The notes: generated by a model not told the origin, from the sequence alone. Positions 18,836-27,110 are shown, counted from the first letter of the stretch. The stretch is DNA of 57,294 bases from an uncultured Candidatus Cloacimonadota bacterium (GCA_964463825.1 CAYXEF010000005.1:1-57294), one strand, 5' to 3'. A program made the numbers and translations.

Positions 18836-19947
18836 CCGTCTATCTGCACATCCCCTTTTGCCTGACGCGCTGCGGCTACTGCAGCTTTTTCAGCCTGCCC
18901 TTCAGTCAAGTTGAGCAGGATAGATACCTCGGCCATCTGCACAGTGAGATCAAGCTTTGGGAAAAGCGGCAATCCGAATCCCTGCGTGCCCGGACTCTGT
19001 ATTTTGGCGGCGGCACGCCCTCTCTGCTGTCCGCAGATCAGATCAACGGCATCTGCGCATGTTTCGAGCTGCTGCCGGACGCGGAAATCACCCTCGAGAT
19101 AAATCCCGTCCAAATCACAGGGGCATATCTGCGCGAGCTGGCCAAAACCCCAGTCAATAGGCTCTCCCTGGGCTTGCAGAGCATGGACGACACTCAGCTG
19201 GCCTGGCTTGACCGCCGCCATCGCAGCGCGCAAATCCCAGCCAGGATCAAACTTTGCCACGATAACGGCTGGCGCAACCTGTCGCTGGATCTGCTTTACG
19301 GCCTTCCGGGCGGCACGAAGGACAAGCTGAGCCGGGATCTGGAGCGATTCCTCGTACTGGAGCCCGAACACATTTCCGCCTACCTGCTGACCCTGGATCC
19401 GGATTCCCCCGCCCGGGCCAAGCTTTCAGCCCCCGGAGCCCTGCCGCTTCCGGATGACGACGCACTGGCCGATCAATACGCGCTGCTGCGCGAAACGCTT
19501 AAGGCCAGCGGCTTCGAGCAATACGAGATCTCCAATTTCTGCCGTCCGGGCCGCGCTTCGCGGCACAATCTCGCCTATTGGCGCTGCGAACCCTATCTGG
19601 GCCTGGGCGCCGGAGCCCACGGATATCTGCCACCCTGGCGCTATGCCCATCCAGCTTCGCTGCCGGACTACTATGGCCAGGTGGAACGCGGCGAAACCAT
19701 GCCTGCGGCGCAGTACTGCGACGCGGAACAAACTAAAGCGGATTATCTGATGATGGGCCTGCGTCTGACCGCCGGCATCGATCTGGACGATTACGCTCTC
19801 CGCTTTGGCAGCAAACTGCAAGAGGAAAAACGCCAGGCCATCGCCAAACTGACTCGAATGGGCTTGCTGGAGTTCGAATCCCACCGCCTGCGCCTGAGCG
19901 CCGCGGCATTGTTCGTTTCCACTGCCGTGATCGGGGAACTGCTATGA
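18805..19947 (+). CDS. hemW: Radical SAM heme chaperone HemW (HemN-like)
   Basis: YLHIPFCLTRCGYCSF, YFGGGTPS, YEISNF, HNLAYW, YLGLGAGAH. ATG 18805 overlaps the lepB end. Confidence 0.85.
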   Translation: MEPDLPLRALAVYLHIPFCLTRCGYCSFFSLPFSQVEQDRYLGHLHSEIKLWEKRQSESLRARTLYFGGGTPSLLSADQINGICACFELLPDAEITLEINPVQITGAYLRELAKTPVNRLSLGLQSMDDTQLAWLDRRHRSAQIPARIKLCHDNGWRNLSLDLLYGLPGGTKDKLSRDLERFLVLEPEHISAYLLTLDPDSPARAKLSAPGALPLPDDDALADQYALLRETLKASGFEQYEISNFCRPGRASRHNLAYWRCEPYLGLGAGAHGYLPPWRYAHPASLPDYYGQVERGETMPAAQYCDAEQTKADYLMMGLRLTAGIDLDDYALRFGSKLQEEKRQAIAKLTRMGLLEFESHRLRLSAAALFVSTAVIGELL

Positions 19948-20690
19948 CTCTCAACGAGTTACGCGCGTTGTTGGCAGACCTGACCGCGGACACCGAGTTT
20001 GCCGGACATTGCTATTTTGCCGGCGGCTGCGTGCGCGATCTGCTCTTGGAACGCCGCATCACGAGGCTGGATGCGGACATTGCCGTGGAACTGCCTCAAG
20101 GCGGCCTGCTCCTGGCCCGTTATCTCCAGCGGCGATTGCAGGCCCCGCCACCGGTACTGCACCGCGGTTTCGGCACGGCGGCACTGCAACTCCCGGAAGC
20201 GCATCTGGATTGCGTCATGACCCGCGCTGAGACTTACACTCCGGGCAGCCGCCATCCGCGTGTGCGTTTTGCCACTTTGGCCGAAGACTGCAGCCGCCGC
20301 GATTTCACGCTCAACGCCCTCTATCAGGAGCTTGGCAGCGGCCACATCCTGGATCCTTGCGGGCAGGGGCTGGCTGATCTGGAAGCCCGGCTGTTGCGCA
20401 GTTTGAAGGAGCCCGATATCTCATTTCGCGAGGATCCGCTGCGTTTGCTGCGCGCCCTGCGTTTTGCCGCGGTGCTGGGATTGGACATCGAAGCAGACAC
20501 CTTCGCCGCCCTGGCCGCAAACTCGGTATTGATCCTGACCCTCAGCCGCCAACGTTGCCGGGACGAACTTCACCGCCTGAAAATCAGCGCCACGCCGCAG
20601 CAGTTGGCCCGCTGGCGCGAGCTGGCCTCAATCACCGGCAGCGCGGGCCATTTACGCGTCCGGGTGCCGGAGCTGTCGACTTTGGACTGA
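19944..20690 (+). CDS. Class II nucleotidyltransferase (CCA-adding/poly(A) polymerase family), short form
   Basis: GGCVRD, DADIAV (DxD), EDCSRRDFTLNAL, EDPLRLLRALRFA; only 248 aa. Confidence 0.85.
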   Translation: MTLNELRALLADLTADTEFAGHCYFAGGCVRDLLLERRITRLDADIAVELPQGGLLLARYLQRRLQAPPPVLHRGFGTAALQLPEAHLDCVMTRAETYTPGSRHPRVRFATLAEDCSRRDFTLNALYQELGSGHILDPCGQGLADLEARLLRSLKEPDISFREDPLRLLRALRFAAVLGLDIEADTFAALAANSVLILTLSRQRCRDELHRLKISATPQQLARWRELASITGSAGHLRVRVPELSTLD

Positions 20691-20719
20691 TTCCGGCCCG
20701 GTTTCTTTGTCGCCAAAGG

Positions 20720-20747
20720 AAAGTGCCATCCTTGCGGATGGCACTTT
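20720..20747. terminator. Bidirectional terminator hairpin between convergent genes
   Basis: Perfect 12-bp stem AAAGTGCCATCC-TTGC-GGATGGCACTTT. Confidence 0.75.
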
Positions 20748-20770
20748 ATGCATATGTAGATCTGTCTTTG

Positions 20771-21907
20771 TTACTGTGCGGTGCGGACCACGCGGAAGCC
20801 GAGGCGGGAATTGCTGACTTTGTCCATGCCTTTTTCGGAGCTGCCACGGTTGCGGTAGGAGACCTGGCTGAAGAGGGCCGTCTGTTCCCAGGAGCCGCCG
20901 CGGATCACGCGATGGTTGGTGGGGCCAGCGGTGGCCGGGCCGGTGGGATCGGAATAGGGGCTGGTGCTGTAGTAGTCGATCAAATACCAGTCCCAAACCC
21001 ATTCCTGCACGTTGCCGCTCATGTCATAGATACCCAGGCCGTTGGCGGTTTTGCCGCCCACGACATGGCTGGTGGCGTTGGCATTGTCAACGAACCAGGC
21101 GACGTCGCCGACGGTGTTGCTGCCGGAATATTGGTAATCGGGGGTATTGACGCCGCCCCGGGCCGCGTATTCCCACTCAGCTTCGGTGGGCAGGCGGTAG
21201 CCGTTGGCGTCCAGATTGCAGACGGCAGCGTTCCAATCGGCATCGTTGACCGTGGGGATATCGCCCCAGACAGTGGGATTGGTCGAGCCTTTGATCGTGT
21301 AGGCGGGGGTCAGGCCTTCGGCGATGCTGCGCTTGTTGCAATAAGCGAGCACGGAGTAGAAGGAGACCATTTCCACGGGCAGGTTGTTGCCCACGAAGTT
21401 TGAGGGATTGGAGCCCATGATGGCGGTCCATTCGGCCTGGGTGACTTCGTATTTGCCGATGTAGAAATCCCGGGTCAGGTTGACCGCGTGGACCGGCAGG
21501 TCGTCGTTATCGGCGTCGCCGGTGCCGTTGGTGCGGCCCATGTTGAAGTTGCCGGCGGCCACTTCGACCATCTGGTCGTAGATGTGGAAGCTGGCGGTCA
21601 CGATCGCGCTGGCATTCCAGTCGGTCTTCGTGGCCACAGCTTTGATCACGGTGTCCGTGGTCACGTTGATTGGAGTGGTGTAAACGACCGCGGTAGCGGA
21701 TGAATCCGGCTCGGTGCCGTCGGTGGTGTACTTGATCACGGCGTCATCAGTGGCACAATCGATGGTGACATTGATGGCGTTGGTGAAGGTTCCGCCGTTG
21801 GGATTGATGACGGGATTGGCGACCGTTTCGGGGTCGACCAGGTCGTCGCATCCGAAGAGCAGGGGCAGCGCTATTATCAGCAGCAGCAGAAATCTCAGAG
21901 ATTTCAT
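20771..21907 (-). CDS. Lipoprotein with chitobiase/Fn3-associated domain and FGE-sulfatase (SUMF1, CLec-fold) domain
   Basis: GGAGG RBS, lipobox LLFGC, IKYTTDGTEP, KYEVTQ, YRLPTEAEWEYAARGG, YDMSGNVQEWVWD, RGGSW...GFRVVR. Confidence 0.88.
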   Translation of the reverse strand: MKSLRFLLLLIIALPLLFGCDDLVDPETVANPVINPNGGTFTNAINVTIDCATDDAVIKYTTDGTEPDSSATAVVYTTPINVTTDTVIKAVATKTDWNASAIVTASFHIYDQMVEVAAGNFNMGRTNGTGDADNDDLPVHAVNLTRDFYIGKYEVTQAEWTAIMGSNPSNFVGNNLPVEMVSFYSVLAYCNKRSIAEGLTPAYTIKGSTNPTVWGDIPTVNDADWNAAVCNLDANGYRLPTEAEWEYAARGGVNTPDYQYSGSNTVGDVAWFVDNANATSHVVGGKTANGLGIYDMSGNVQEWVWDWYLIDYYSTSPYSDPTGPATAGPTNHRVIRGGSWEQTALFSQVSYRNRGSSEKGMDKVSNSRLGFRVVRTAQ

Positions 21908-21937
21908 AAATCCTCCATTAGTTGATTTTAGTGTATC

Positions 21938-21966
21938 CATGATAAAAGGTCGGCGCTATCAGTCAA
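21938..21966 (-). promoter_or_regulatory. Putative sigma-70 promoter of the FGE-domain lipoprotein
   Basis: Minus strand TTGACT-16 nt-TATCAT. Confidence 0.45.
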
Positions 21967-22219
21967 GTTCTTTTTTTGCCTTGTCTTGTCGGGCTGCATC
22001 GGAAACGCGGTTGTTTTTTGCTGTCAAGCAGAGTGTTTAGTCAAGACGCCCACCCCGCTCAAAGCCGGGCTGGTAGCCTGCGCCGGGACAAAGCCCGGCC
22101 GCATGATTCAGCCAGATATCCTTATCTGCAATCTATAATATCGCTTGCATCATTTATCCGTCTCAGGCCCCGCCTGCAGAAAAACCTCGCCTTCAGCTTG
22201 TTACCTCCTGGTTCCACAG

Positions 22220-22300
22220 TCTTAATCAAGTCTTAATCAAGCCTTAATCAAGTCTTAATTATTAACGCTTGATTAAGGCTTGATTAAGACTTGATTAAGA
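22220..22300. repeat. Perfect 33-bp inverted repeat built from tandem 11-bp units
   Basis: TCTTAATCAAG-TCTTAATCAAG-CCTTAATCAAG (22220-22252), 15-nt spacer, then CTTGATTAAGG-CTTGATTAAGA-CTTGATTAAGA (22268-22300), the exact reverse complement. Confidence 0.95.
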
Positions 22301-22341
22301 AGTTGGGGTCAGGAAGCGGAAATTGGGGGCCGACTCCGGGA

Positions 22342-22359
22342 TCAAGTATTTACTTGACG
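22342..22359 (+). promoter_or_regulatory. -35 box of the hydrogenase cluster overlapped by a palindrome
   Basis: TCAAGTA-TT-TACTTGA inverted repeat (22342-22357) running into TTGACG (22354-22359). Confidence 0.45.
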
Positions 22360-22412
22360 AATAAGCGCGCTGTTTTGGTTTGGCCTTTAATCTTTGTTAC
22401 AGGTGAGATGGA

Positions 22413-22760
22413 ATGTATTTAAAGGACATAGTGAACATTCTGGAGGGCGAAGCGCTCATCCCGGAAGCCAATCTCGATGTGGAAGTGCCCTGCGCCTTCG
22501 CCTCGGATCTGATCAGCGACATCCTGATGTGCACCAAGGAGCCGACCCTGTTGCTGACCGGCCTGACCAACAACCAGGTGATCCGGCTGGCGGACATGAT
22601 CGACATCGTGGGTATCATTTTCGTGCGCGGCAAACGGCCCCTGGACGAAATCATCGAGATGGCCAGGGAACGTAATCTGCCCCTGATCTGCACCAAACTG
22701 ACCATGTACCGCTCCAGCGGTTTGCTCTATAATGCAGGACTTCGCAGCTGCAAAATCTGA
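22413..22760 (+). CDS. DRTGG-domain protein (hydrogenase-associated regulator)
   Basis: FASDLISDIL..LLLTGLTNNQVIRLADMIDIVGIIFVRGKRP; first gene of the cluster. Confidence 0.82.
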   Translation: MYLKDIVNILEGEALIPEANLDVEVPCAFASDLISDILMCTKEPTLLLTGLTNNQVIRLADMIDIVGIIFVRGKRPLDEIIEMARERNLPLICTKLTMYRSSGLLYNAGLRSCKI

Positions 22761-22839
22761 AGCCGCCGATTACTGGCATTTCCAGCCGGGGCGCGAGGAA
22801 TGCTCGCGCAGGCATCTGGCCAGTTTGCATGAGGCTGAC

Positions 22840-23265
22840 GTGACGCTGGAGTCGTTGATCCCGGAAAAGGACTTCAACACCGCGGGCAGAGGCTCCGCGG
22901 AAGTCAAAAACCTGCTCAAGCGGCTGGGCGTGGATCCCGAGATCCTGCGCCGTGTGGCCGTGGCGGCCTATGAAGCCGAGATCAACGTGGCCGCGCATTC
23001 CAAGGGCGGGATCATGACCAGCAGCATCTATTCTGATCTCATCCACATCGTTTTCCGGGACAAGGGTCCCGGCATCGCCGACATCGCCCAGGCCATGGTG
23101 CCGGGCTTTTCCACCGCTGACGACATGGTGCGGGAATTGGGTTTCGGCGCCGGACTCGGGCTGCCCAACATCCAGAAAAACGTCGACGCCCTGCATATCC
23201 ACTCCGCGGCTGGAGCTTCCACGCTGCTGGAATTTCTGATCCACTTCGATACGAACCATGGATAA
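22840..23265 (+). CDS. Anti-sigma-factor-type Ser/Thr kinase (RsbT/RsbW-like HATPase)
   Basis: AAYEAEINVAAH, DKGPGIAD, GFST, GFGAGLGLPNI. GTG 22840 follows GAGG. Confidence 0.85.
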   Translation: MTLESLIPEKDFNTAGRGSAEVKNLLKRLGVDPEILRRVAVAAYEAEINVAAHSKGGIMTSSIYSDLIHIVFRDKGPGIADIAQAMVPGFSTADDMVRELGFGAGLGLPNIQKNVDALHIHSAAGASTLLEFLIHFDTNHG

Positions 23266-24559
23266 TAAAGAGATCAAGTATTTTCACGCCCTGCAGATCG
23301 TGGAGGAAAACTGCACGGGCTGCACGGCTTGCGTGCGTGTCTGCCCCACCGAAGCGATCCGGGTACGCGACCGCAAGGCGCATATCGATCCCAACCGCTG
23401 CGTGGACTGCGGCAAATGCGCGGAGGTCTGTCCCTTCCACGCCATCATCCCGCGCAGCGATCCGCTCGATTTGATCCACAATTTCAAATACAAGGTGGCG
23501 ATCATCTCCACCTCCTATTTCGGCCAGTTCACCGAGGACGTTTCCTACGCCGTGGCCAAGCAGGCGCTTTTTGAACTCGGTTTCGACGACGTGCAGGAAG
23601 AGGCGATGGTCACGGATTTCATGATCCGCATGATCCGCGCCTATATCCGCGCCAACCGTGACAAGCGGCCCATCATCTCCAGCAATTGCCCCACCGTGGT
23701 GCGCCTGATCCAGCTCAAATTCCCCTCGCTGCTGCCCAATTTGTTCCATTTGGAAGCGCCGATGAGCATCCTGACCCGCTCCCTGCGCGAACAGATCATG
23801 GCGGAAAAAGGCCTCTCCGAAGACGAGATCGGGATCTTTCTCATCGTGCCCTGTCCCGCGCACGTGACCGCCGTGCATCAACCCGAGGGAGCCTACAAAC
23901 ACTTGCAGGACGGGGCTTTCTCCATCGGCATGATCTACGGCAAGGTGCGCGAACACATCAAAAACCTGCAAAACAATCCACCGCAGATCGCCACCTATCC
24001 CAAAGGCCTGACCTGGGCGCTTTCCGGCGTGCAGGCCGATTTGGTCGATTGCGAGGACATCCGCGCCTTGTCCGTCAACGGCGTGGACAACGTGATGGAG
24101 ATCCTTTCCCGCGTGGAAGACCACTATCTGGACCAATACGACTACATCGTGATGCGCAGCTGCACCAATGGCTGCGTGGGCGGTTTCTTCAACGTGGAAA
24201 ATCCTTTCGTGGCCATGAGCCGGATCAAGAAGATGATCAAGGAAGGCACGGACAGCGAGATCGATGTGGAGGATCTGAAGAAGCTATACCAGCAGGGCGA
24301 ATTCGATGTGGCGCCACTGGCTCCCCGTCCCGTCCTGGAACTGGACAAAGACATCAAAACCGCCATCGTCAAGATGAAACGGATCAATGAGATCCTGACC
24401 ACTTTGCCCGGCCTCAACTGCAGTGCCTGCGGTTCGCCCAGCTGTTACGCCCTGGCGGAAGACATCGTGCAGGGCAAAGCCACCATCGAAGACTGCGTGG
24501 TGCTCCTGCAGCGCCACACCAGGGAAGACGGCGCCGACGAAACTAATCTGAATGGATAG
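23258..24559 (+). CDS. [FeFe]-hydrogenase-like Fe-S protein (putative sensory, group C/D-like) with N-terminal 2[4Fe-4S] and C-terminal FeS domains
   Basis: CTGCTACVRVCP, CVDCGKCAEVCP; degenerate H-cluster motifs SSNCP / VPCPAH / RSCTNGCVGG; LPGLNCSACGSPSC. Confidence 0.82.
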   Translation: MDNKEIKYFHALQIVEENCTGCTACVRVCPTEAIRVRDRKAHIDPNRCVDCGKCAEVCPFHAIIPRSDPLDLIHNFKYKVAIISTSYFGQFTEDVSYAVAKQALFELGFDDVQEEAMVTDFMIRMIRAYIRANRDKRPIISSNCPTVVRLIQLKFPSLLPNLFHLEAPMSILTRSLREQIMAEKGLSEDEIGIFLIVPCPAHVTAVHQPEGAYKHLQDGAFSIGMIYGKVREHIKNLQNNPPQIATYPKGLTWALSGVQADLVDCEDIRALSVNGVDNVMEILSRVEDHYLDQYDYIVMRSCTNGCVGGFFNVENPFVAMSRIKKMIKEGTDSEIDVEDLKKLYQQGEFDVAPLAPRPVLELDKDIKTAIVKMKRINEILTTLPGLNCSACGSPSCYALAEDIVQGKATIEDCVVLLQRHTREDGADETNLNG

Positions 24560-24562
24560 ATC

Positions 24563-24904
24563 ATGCTCAAACTTGCTGTGTACCAAAAAGCGATCCAGGG
24601 CGTAAATCACACGCCCGGCCTGGATCCGGAAACGATCGAGATCAGCGGCGCCTACGTCTGCGACATGCTCAGCGACGTGATGGGCTCCGCGCAGTCCGGC
24701 CAGGTCTGGATCACGATCATGAAACACCTGAACACCATTGCCGTGGCCTCGCTGACCGGCATCCCGGCCATCATCTTCGCCAAGGGTAACGCGCCCGAGG
24801 CGGCCGTGGTGGAAAAAGCAAGCGCCGAGGGCATCTGCCTGCTCTCCAGCGCCCTGGACACCTTCACCCTAGCCGGGATCCTGTATCAGTTGTTGAATCC
24901 CTGA
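24563..24904 (+). CDS. Second DRTGG-domain protein
   Basis: GAYVCDMLSDVMG..VWITIMKHLNTIAVASL..IIFAKG. Confidence 0.82.
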   Translation: MLKLAVYQKAIQGVNHTPGLDPETIEISGAYVCDMLSDVMGSAQSGQVWITIMKHLNTIAVASLTGIPAIIFAKGNAPEAAVVEKASAEGICLLSSALDTFTLAGILYQLLNP

Positions 24905-24910
24905 GACCGG

Positions 24911-25648
24911 ATGCGCTGGTTTACGGCCGACCTGCACCTGCACTCCGTGCTGTCGCCCTGCGGCGGGCTGGAAATGGCGCCCCGGGCGCTGATCGGGCGT
25001 TTGCAGGCCTGCGGCATCGACTGGATGGCGATCACCGATCATAACTCGATGGCCAATTGTCCGGCCTATGCGGCCGTGGCAACACGGGCCGGGATCGCCT
25101 TCACCTGGGGCGTGGAATTGCAGACCGCCGAGGAGATCCACCTGCTGGTCTATTTTGACGATCCGCTCAAGGCGCAGTGCTTCGGCAAAGACTTGTACGA
25201 CTCACTTTTACCGCTGGAAAACCGGCCGGATTTCTTCGGAGATCAAGTTATCATTGACGAAAATGAGAACATTTTAGGAATGGAGCAACGGGCGCTGATC
25301 AACTCCTCGCGCTGGGACCTGAACGCCGCTGTGGCCAAGGCCCGGGAGCAGGGTGGATACTGCGTTCCGGCCCACGTCGACGCGGGGGCAAACAGCATTT
25401 TGAGCCAATTGGGATTTATTCCCCCCGATCCGAGTTTTGAGCTGCTGGGCCTCAGCGCCCGGGCCGACCTGAATGCCTGGCTCGGCCAGCACGGCGAGTT
25501 GGCGGACAAAGCTTTCCTGCGCTGTTCCGACGCCCATTATCTGGCGGATGTGGGCAGCGGCAGCAGCCGCGTCTATTGCCAGGCGGCCACGGCGGCCGAG
25601 CTGGCGTTGGCCGCGTTGCGGATCCAAGACCGTAAGATATTGATATAA
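24911..25648 (+). CDS. PHP-domain phosphoesterase
   Basis: ADLHLHSVLSPC, AITDHNS, GVELQTAEEIH, PAHVD, SDAH. Confidence 0.88.
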   Translation: MRWFTADLHLHSVLSPCGGLEMAPRALIGRLQACGIDWMAITDHNSMANCPAYAAVATRAGIAFTWGVELQTAEEIHLLVYFDDPLKAQCFGKDLYDSLLPLENRPDFFGDQVIIDENENILGMEQRALINSSRWDLNAAVAKAREQGGYCVPAHVDAGANSILSQLGFIPPDPSFELLGLSARADLNAWLGQHGELADKAFLRCSDAHYLADVGSGSSRVYCQAATAAELALAALRIQDRKILI

Positions 25649-25649
25649 T
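25641..25649 (+). promoter_or_regulatory. Possible internal extended -10 promoter ahead of the hydrogenase structural genes
   Basis: TGA-TATAAT (TGn-TATAAT) in an AT-rich patch, about 12 nt before the AGGAGG RBS of hydC1. Confidence 0.35.
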
Positions 25650-25670
25650 AAAATATTGACAGGAGGAGTG

Positions 25671-26153
25671 ATGACTCCCGAACTACAGCCAGACAACCAG
25701 CTGTATGACAAACTGAGAGAGATCATTGCCCAGAGCAAAGACCAGCGCAATCCGCTGATCGAGGTTTTGCGCAGCGCGCAGGAGATCTTCGGATATCTGC
25801 CCATCGAAGTGCAGGAATTCATAGCCCGGGAAATGGACATCCCGGCCAGCAAGATCTACGGCGTGGTCACCTTTTACAACTTCTTTTCCATGCAGCCGCG
25901 CGGTAAATACACGCTTAACCTCTGCATGGGTACGGCCTGCTACGTGAAAGGCGCGCCGCGCCTGGCCCAGATGATCGAGGAAGAGCTGGGCGTCAAGGTC
26001 GGCGAAACCACTGCCGACATGCGCTTCACGGTCAGCGCCGTGCGTTGCGTGGGCGCCTGCTCGCTGGCGCCGGTGTTCGTGATCGGCGAAGAGACCTACG
26101 GCCGCGTGGAAACGCGGGACAAGCTGTCAGAGATCCTCAAGCGCCATTCCTGA
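25671..26153 (+). CDS. NuoE-like [2Fe-2S] subunit (HydC/HndA), copy 1
   Basis: AGGAGG RBS; GVVTFYNFF, CMGTAC, CVGACSLAP. Confidence 0.9.
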   Translation: MTPELQPDNQLYDKLREIIAQSKDQRNPLIEVLRSAQEIFGYLPIEVQEFIAREMDIPASKIYGVVTFYNFFSMQPRGKYTLNLCMGTACYVKGAPRLAQMIEEELGVKVGETTADMRFTVSAVRCVGACSLAPVFVIGEETYGRVETRDKLSEILKRHS

Positions 26154-26161
26154 ACCAAGTC

Positions 26162-26731
26162 ATGCAAGATATTTCCCTGCACTTGCTGGATATCATCGAG
26201 AATTCCGTCCGCGCCCGGGCCCGCAACATCAAGCTGCGCGTCATCAACAGCCCGCGGGACAACCGGCTGCGCCTGATCGTGGAGGACGACGGCACCGGCA
26301 TGGATCAGGAGACCCTGGCCCAAGCCCAGGACCCTTTCTATACCAGCAAAGTGGAACGCATCAAAAAAGTTGGCCTCGGCATCCCACTGTTCAAGCAGAA
26401 CGCTGAACTGTCCGCAGGCACTTTTCACATCGCCAGCGAACCGGGCTTCGGCACCGTGATCAGTGTGGAATTCCCGCTCGACCACATTGACCGCATGCCT
26501 CTGGGCAACCTCAAAGCCACGCTGCTGGGCGCCATCATCGGCCACCCCGAGGTGGATTACAGCATCTTCCTGCACTATCAGAAACCTTGCAAGGAACAAT
26601 TCTTCCACTTCGAAACCGCCGCCATCAAAGAGGAATTGGGCGAGATCCCGCTCACCTATCCCGATGTGATCGAATACATCGACCAAAGTTTGACTGAAGG
26701 AATACAAAATACAAACATGGAGGATGTCTGA
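26162..26731 (+). CDS. Stand-alone HATPase_c (histidine-kinase-like ATPase) protein
   Basis: SLHLLDIIENSVRA, DDGTGM, DPFYTS, GLGIPL, HIDRMPLG. ATG 26162. Confidence 0.85.
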   Translation: MQDISLHLLDIIENSVRARARNIKLRVINSPRDNRLRLIVEDDGTGMDQETLAQAQDPFYTSKVERIKKVGLGIPLFKQNAELSAGTFHIASEPGFGTVISVEFPLDHIDRMPLGNLKATLLGAIIGHPEVDYSIFLHYQKPCKEQFFHFETAAIKEELGEIPLTYPDVIEYIDQSLTEGIQNTNMEDV

Positions 26732-27096
26732 TGAAAACTCTGGCAGACCTTAAGAAAATCCGTGAAAAAGCCCAGGAAGAAATGAAGCTGCGTGGCGGCA
26801 AAGTGCGCGTCAAGATCGTGGTCGGGATGGGAACATCCGGGATCGCCATGGGCGCGCGTGAAGTCATGAAGACCTTCCTGGAGGAAATCTCCAACCGCAA
26901 CCTGACCGATGTGCTGGTCACGCAAACCGGCGAGAAAGGCCTCTCTTCCCTGGAGCCGGTTGTAGACATCATCGAGGAAGGAAAAGCCGCTGTCACTTAC
27001 GGCAACATGACGCCGGACAAAGTGCGCAAGGTGGTGGTCGAACACATCGTCAACGGCAGAGTGGTCTCCGAATACGTGGTTGCCACCGGCAGCTGA
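26731..27096 (+). CDS. Thioredoxin-like ferredoxin subunit (HydD/HndB-like) with no cysteines
   Basis: IVVGMGTSGIAMGAR...VTQTGEKGLSSLEPVV...YGNMT...HIVNGRVV matches the HndB pattern but contains zero Cys. Confidence 0.8.
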   Translation: MKTLADLKKIREKAQEEMKLRGGKVRVKIVVGMGTSGIAMGAREVMKTFLEEISNRNLTDVLVTQTGEKGLSSLEPVVDIIEEGKAAVTYGNMTPDKVRKVVVEHIVNGRVVSEYVVATGS

Positions 27097-27110
27097 TTGG
27101 AGGTCACGGC

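Noticed and set aside
20720-20920. Active diversity-generating retroelement
   Set aside because: No reverse transcriptase, accessory gene or template repeat is visible; the hairpin is adequately explained as a bidirectional terminator.
22220-22300. CRISPR array or plasmid iterons
   Set aside because: The units are 11 bp, directly abutting and inverted, with no unique spacers, and no cas or rep gene is nearby.
26731-27096. Selenocysteine or recoding explaining the missing cysteines in HydD
   Set aside because: The positions are ordinary sense codons (TCC, GAG, TCT) and there is no in-frame TGA.
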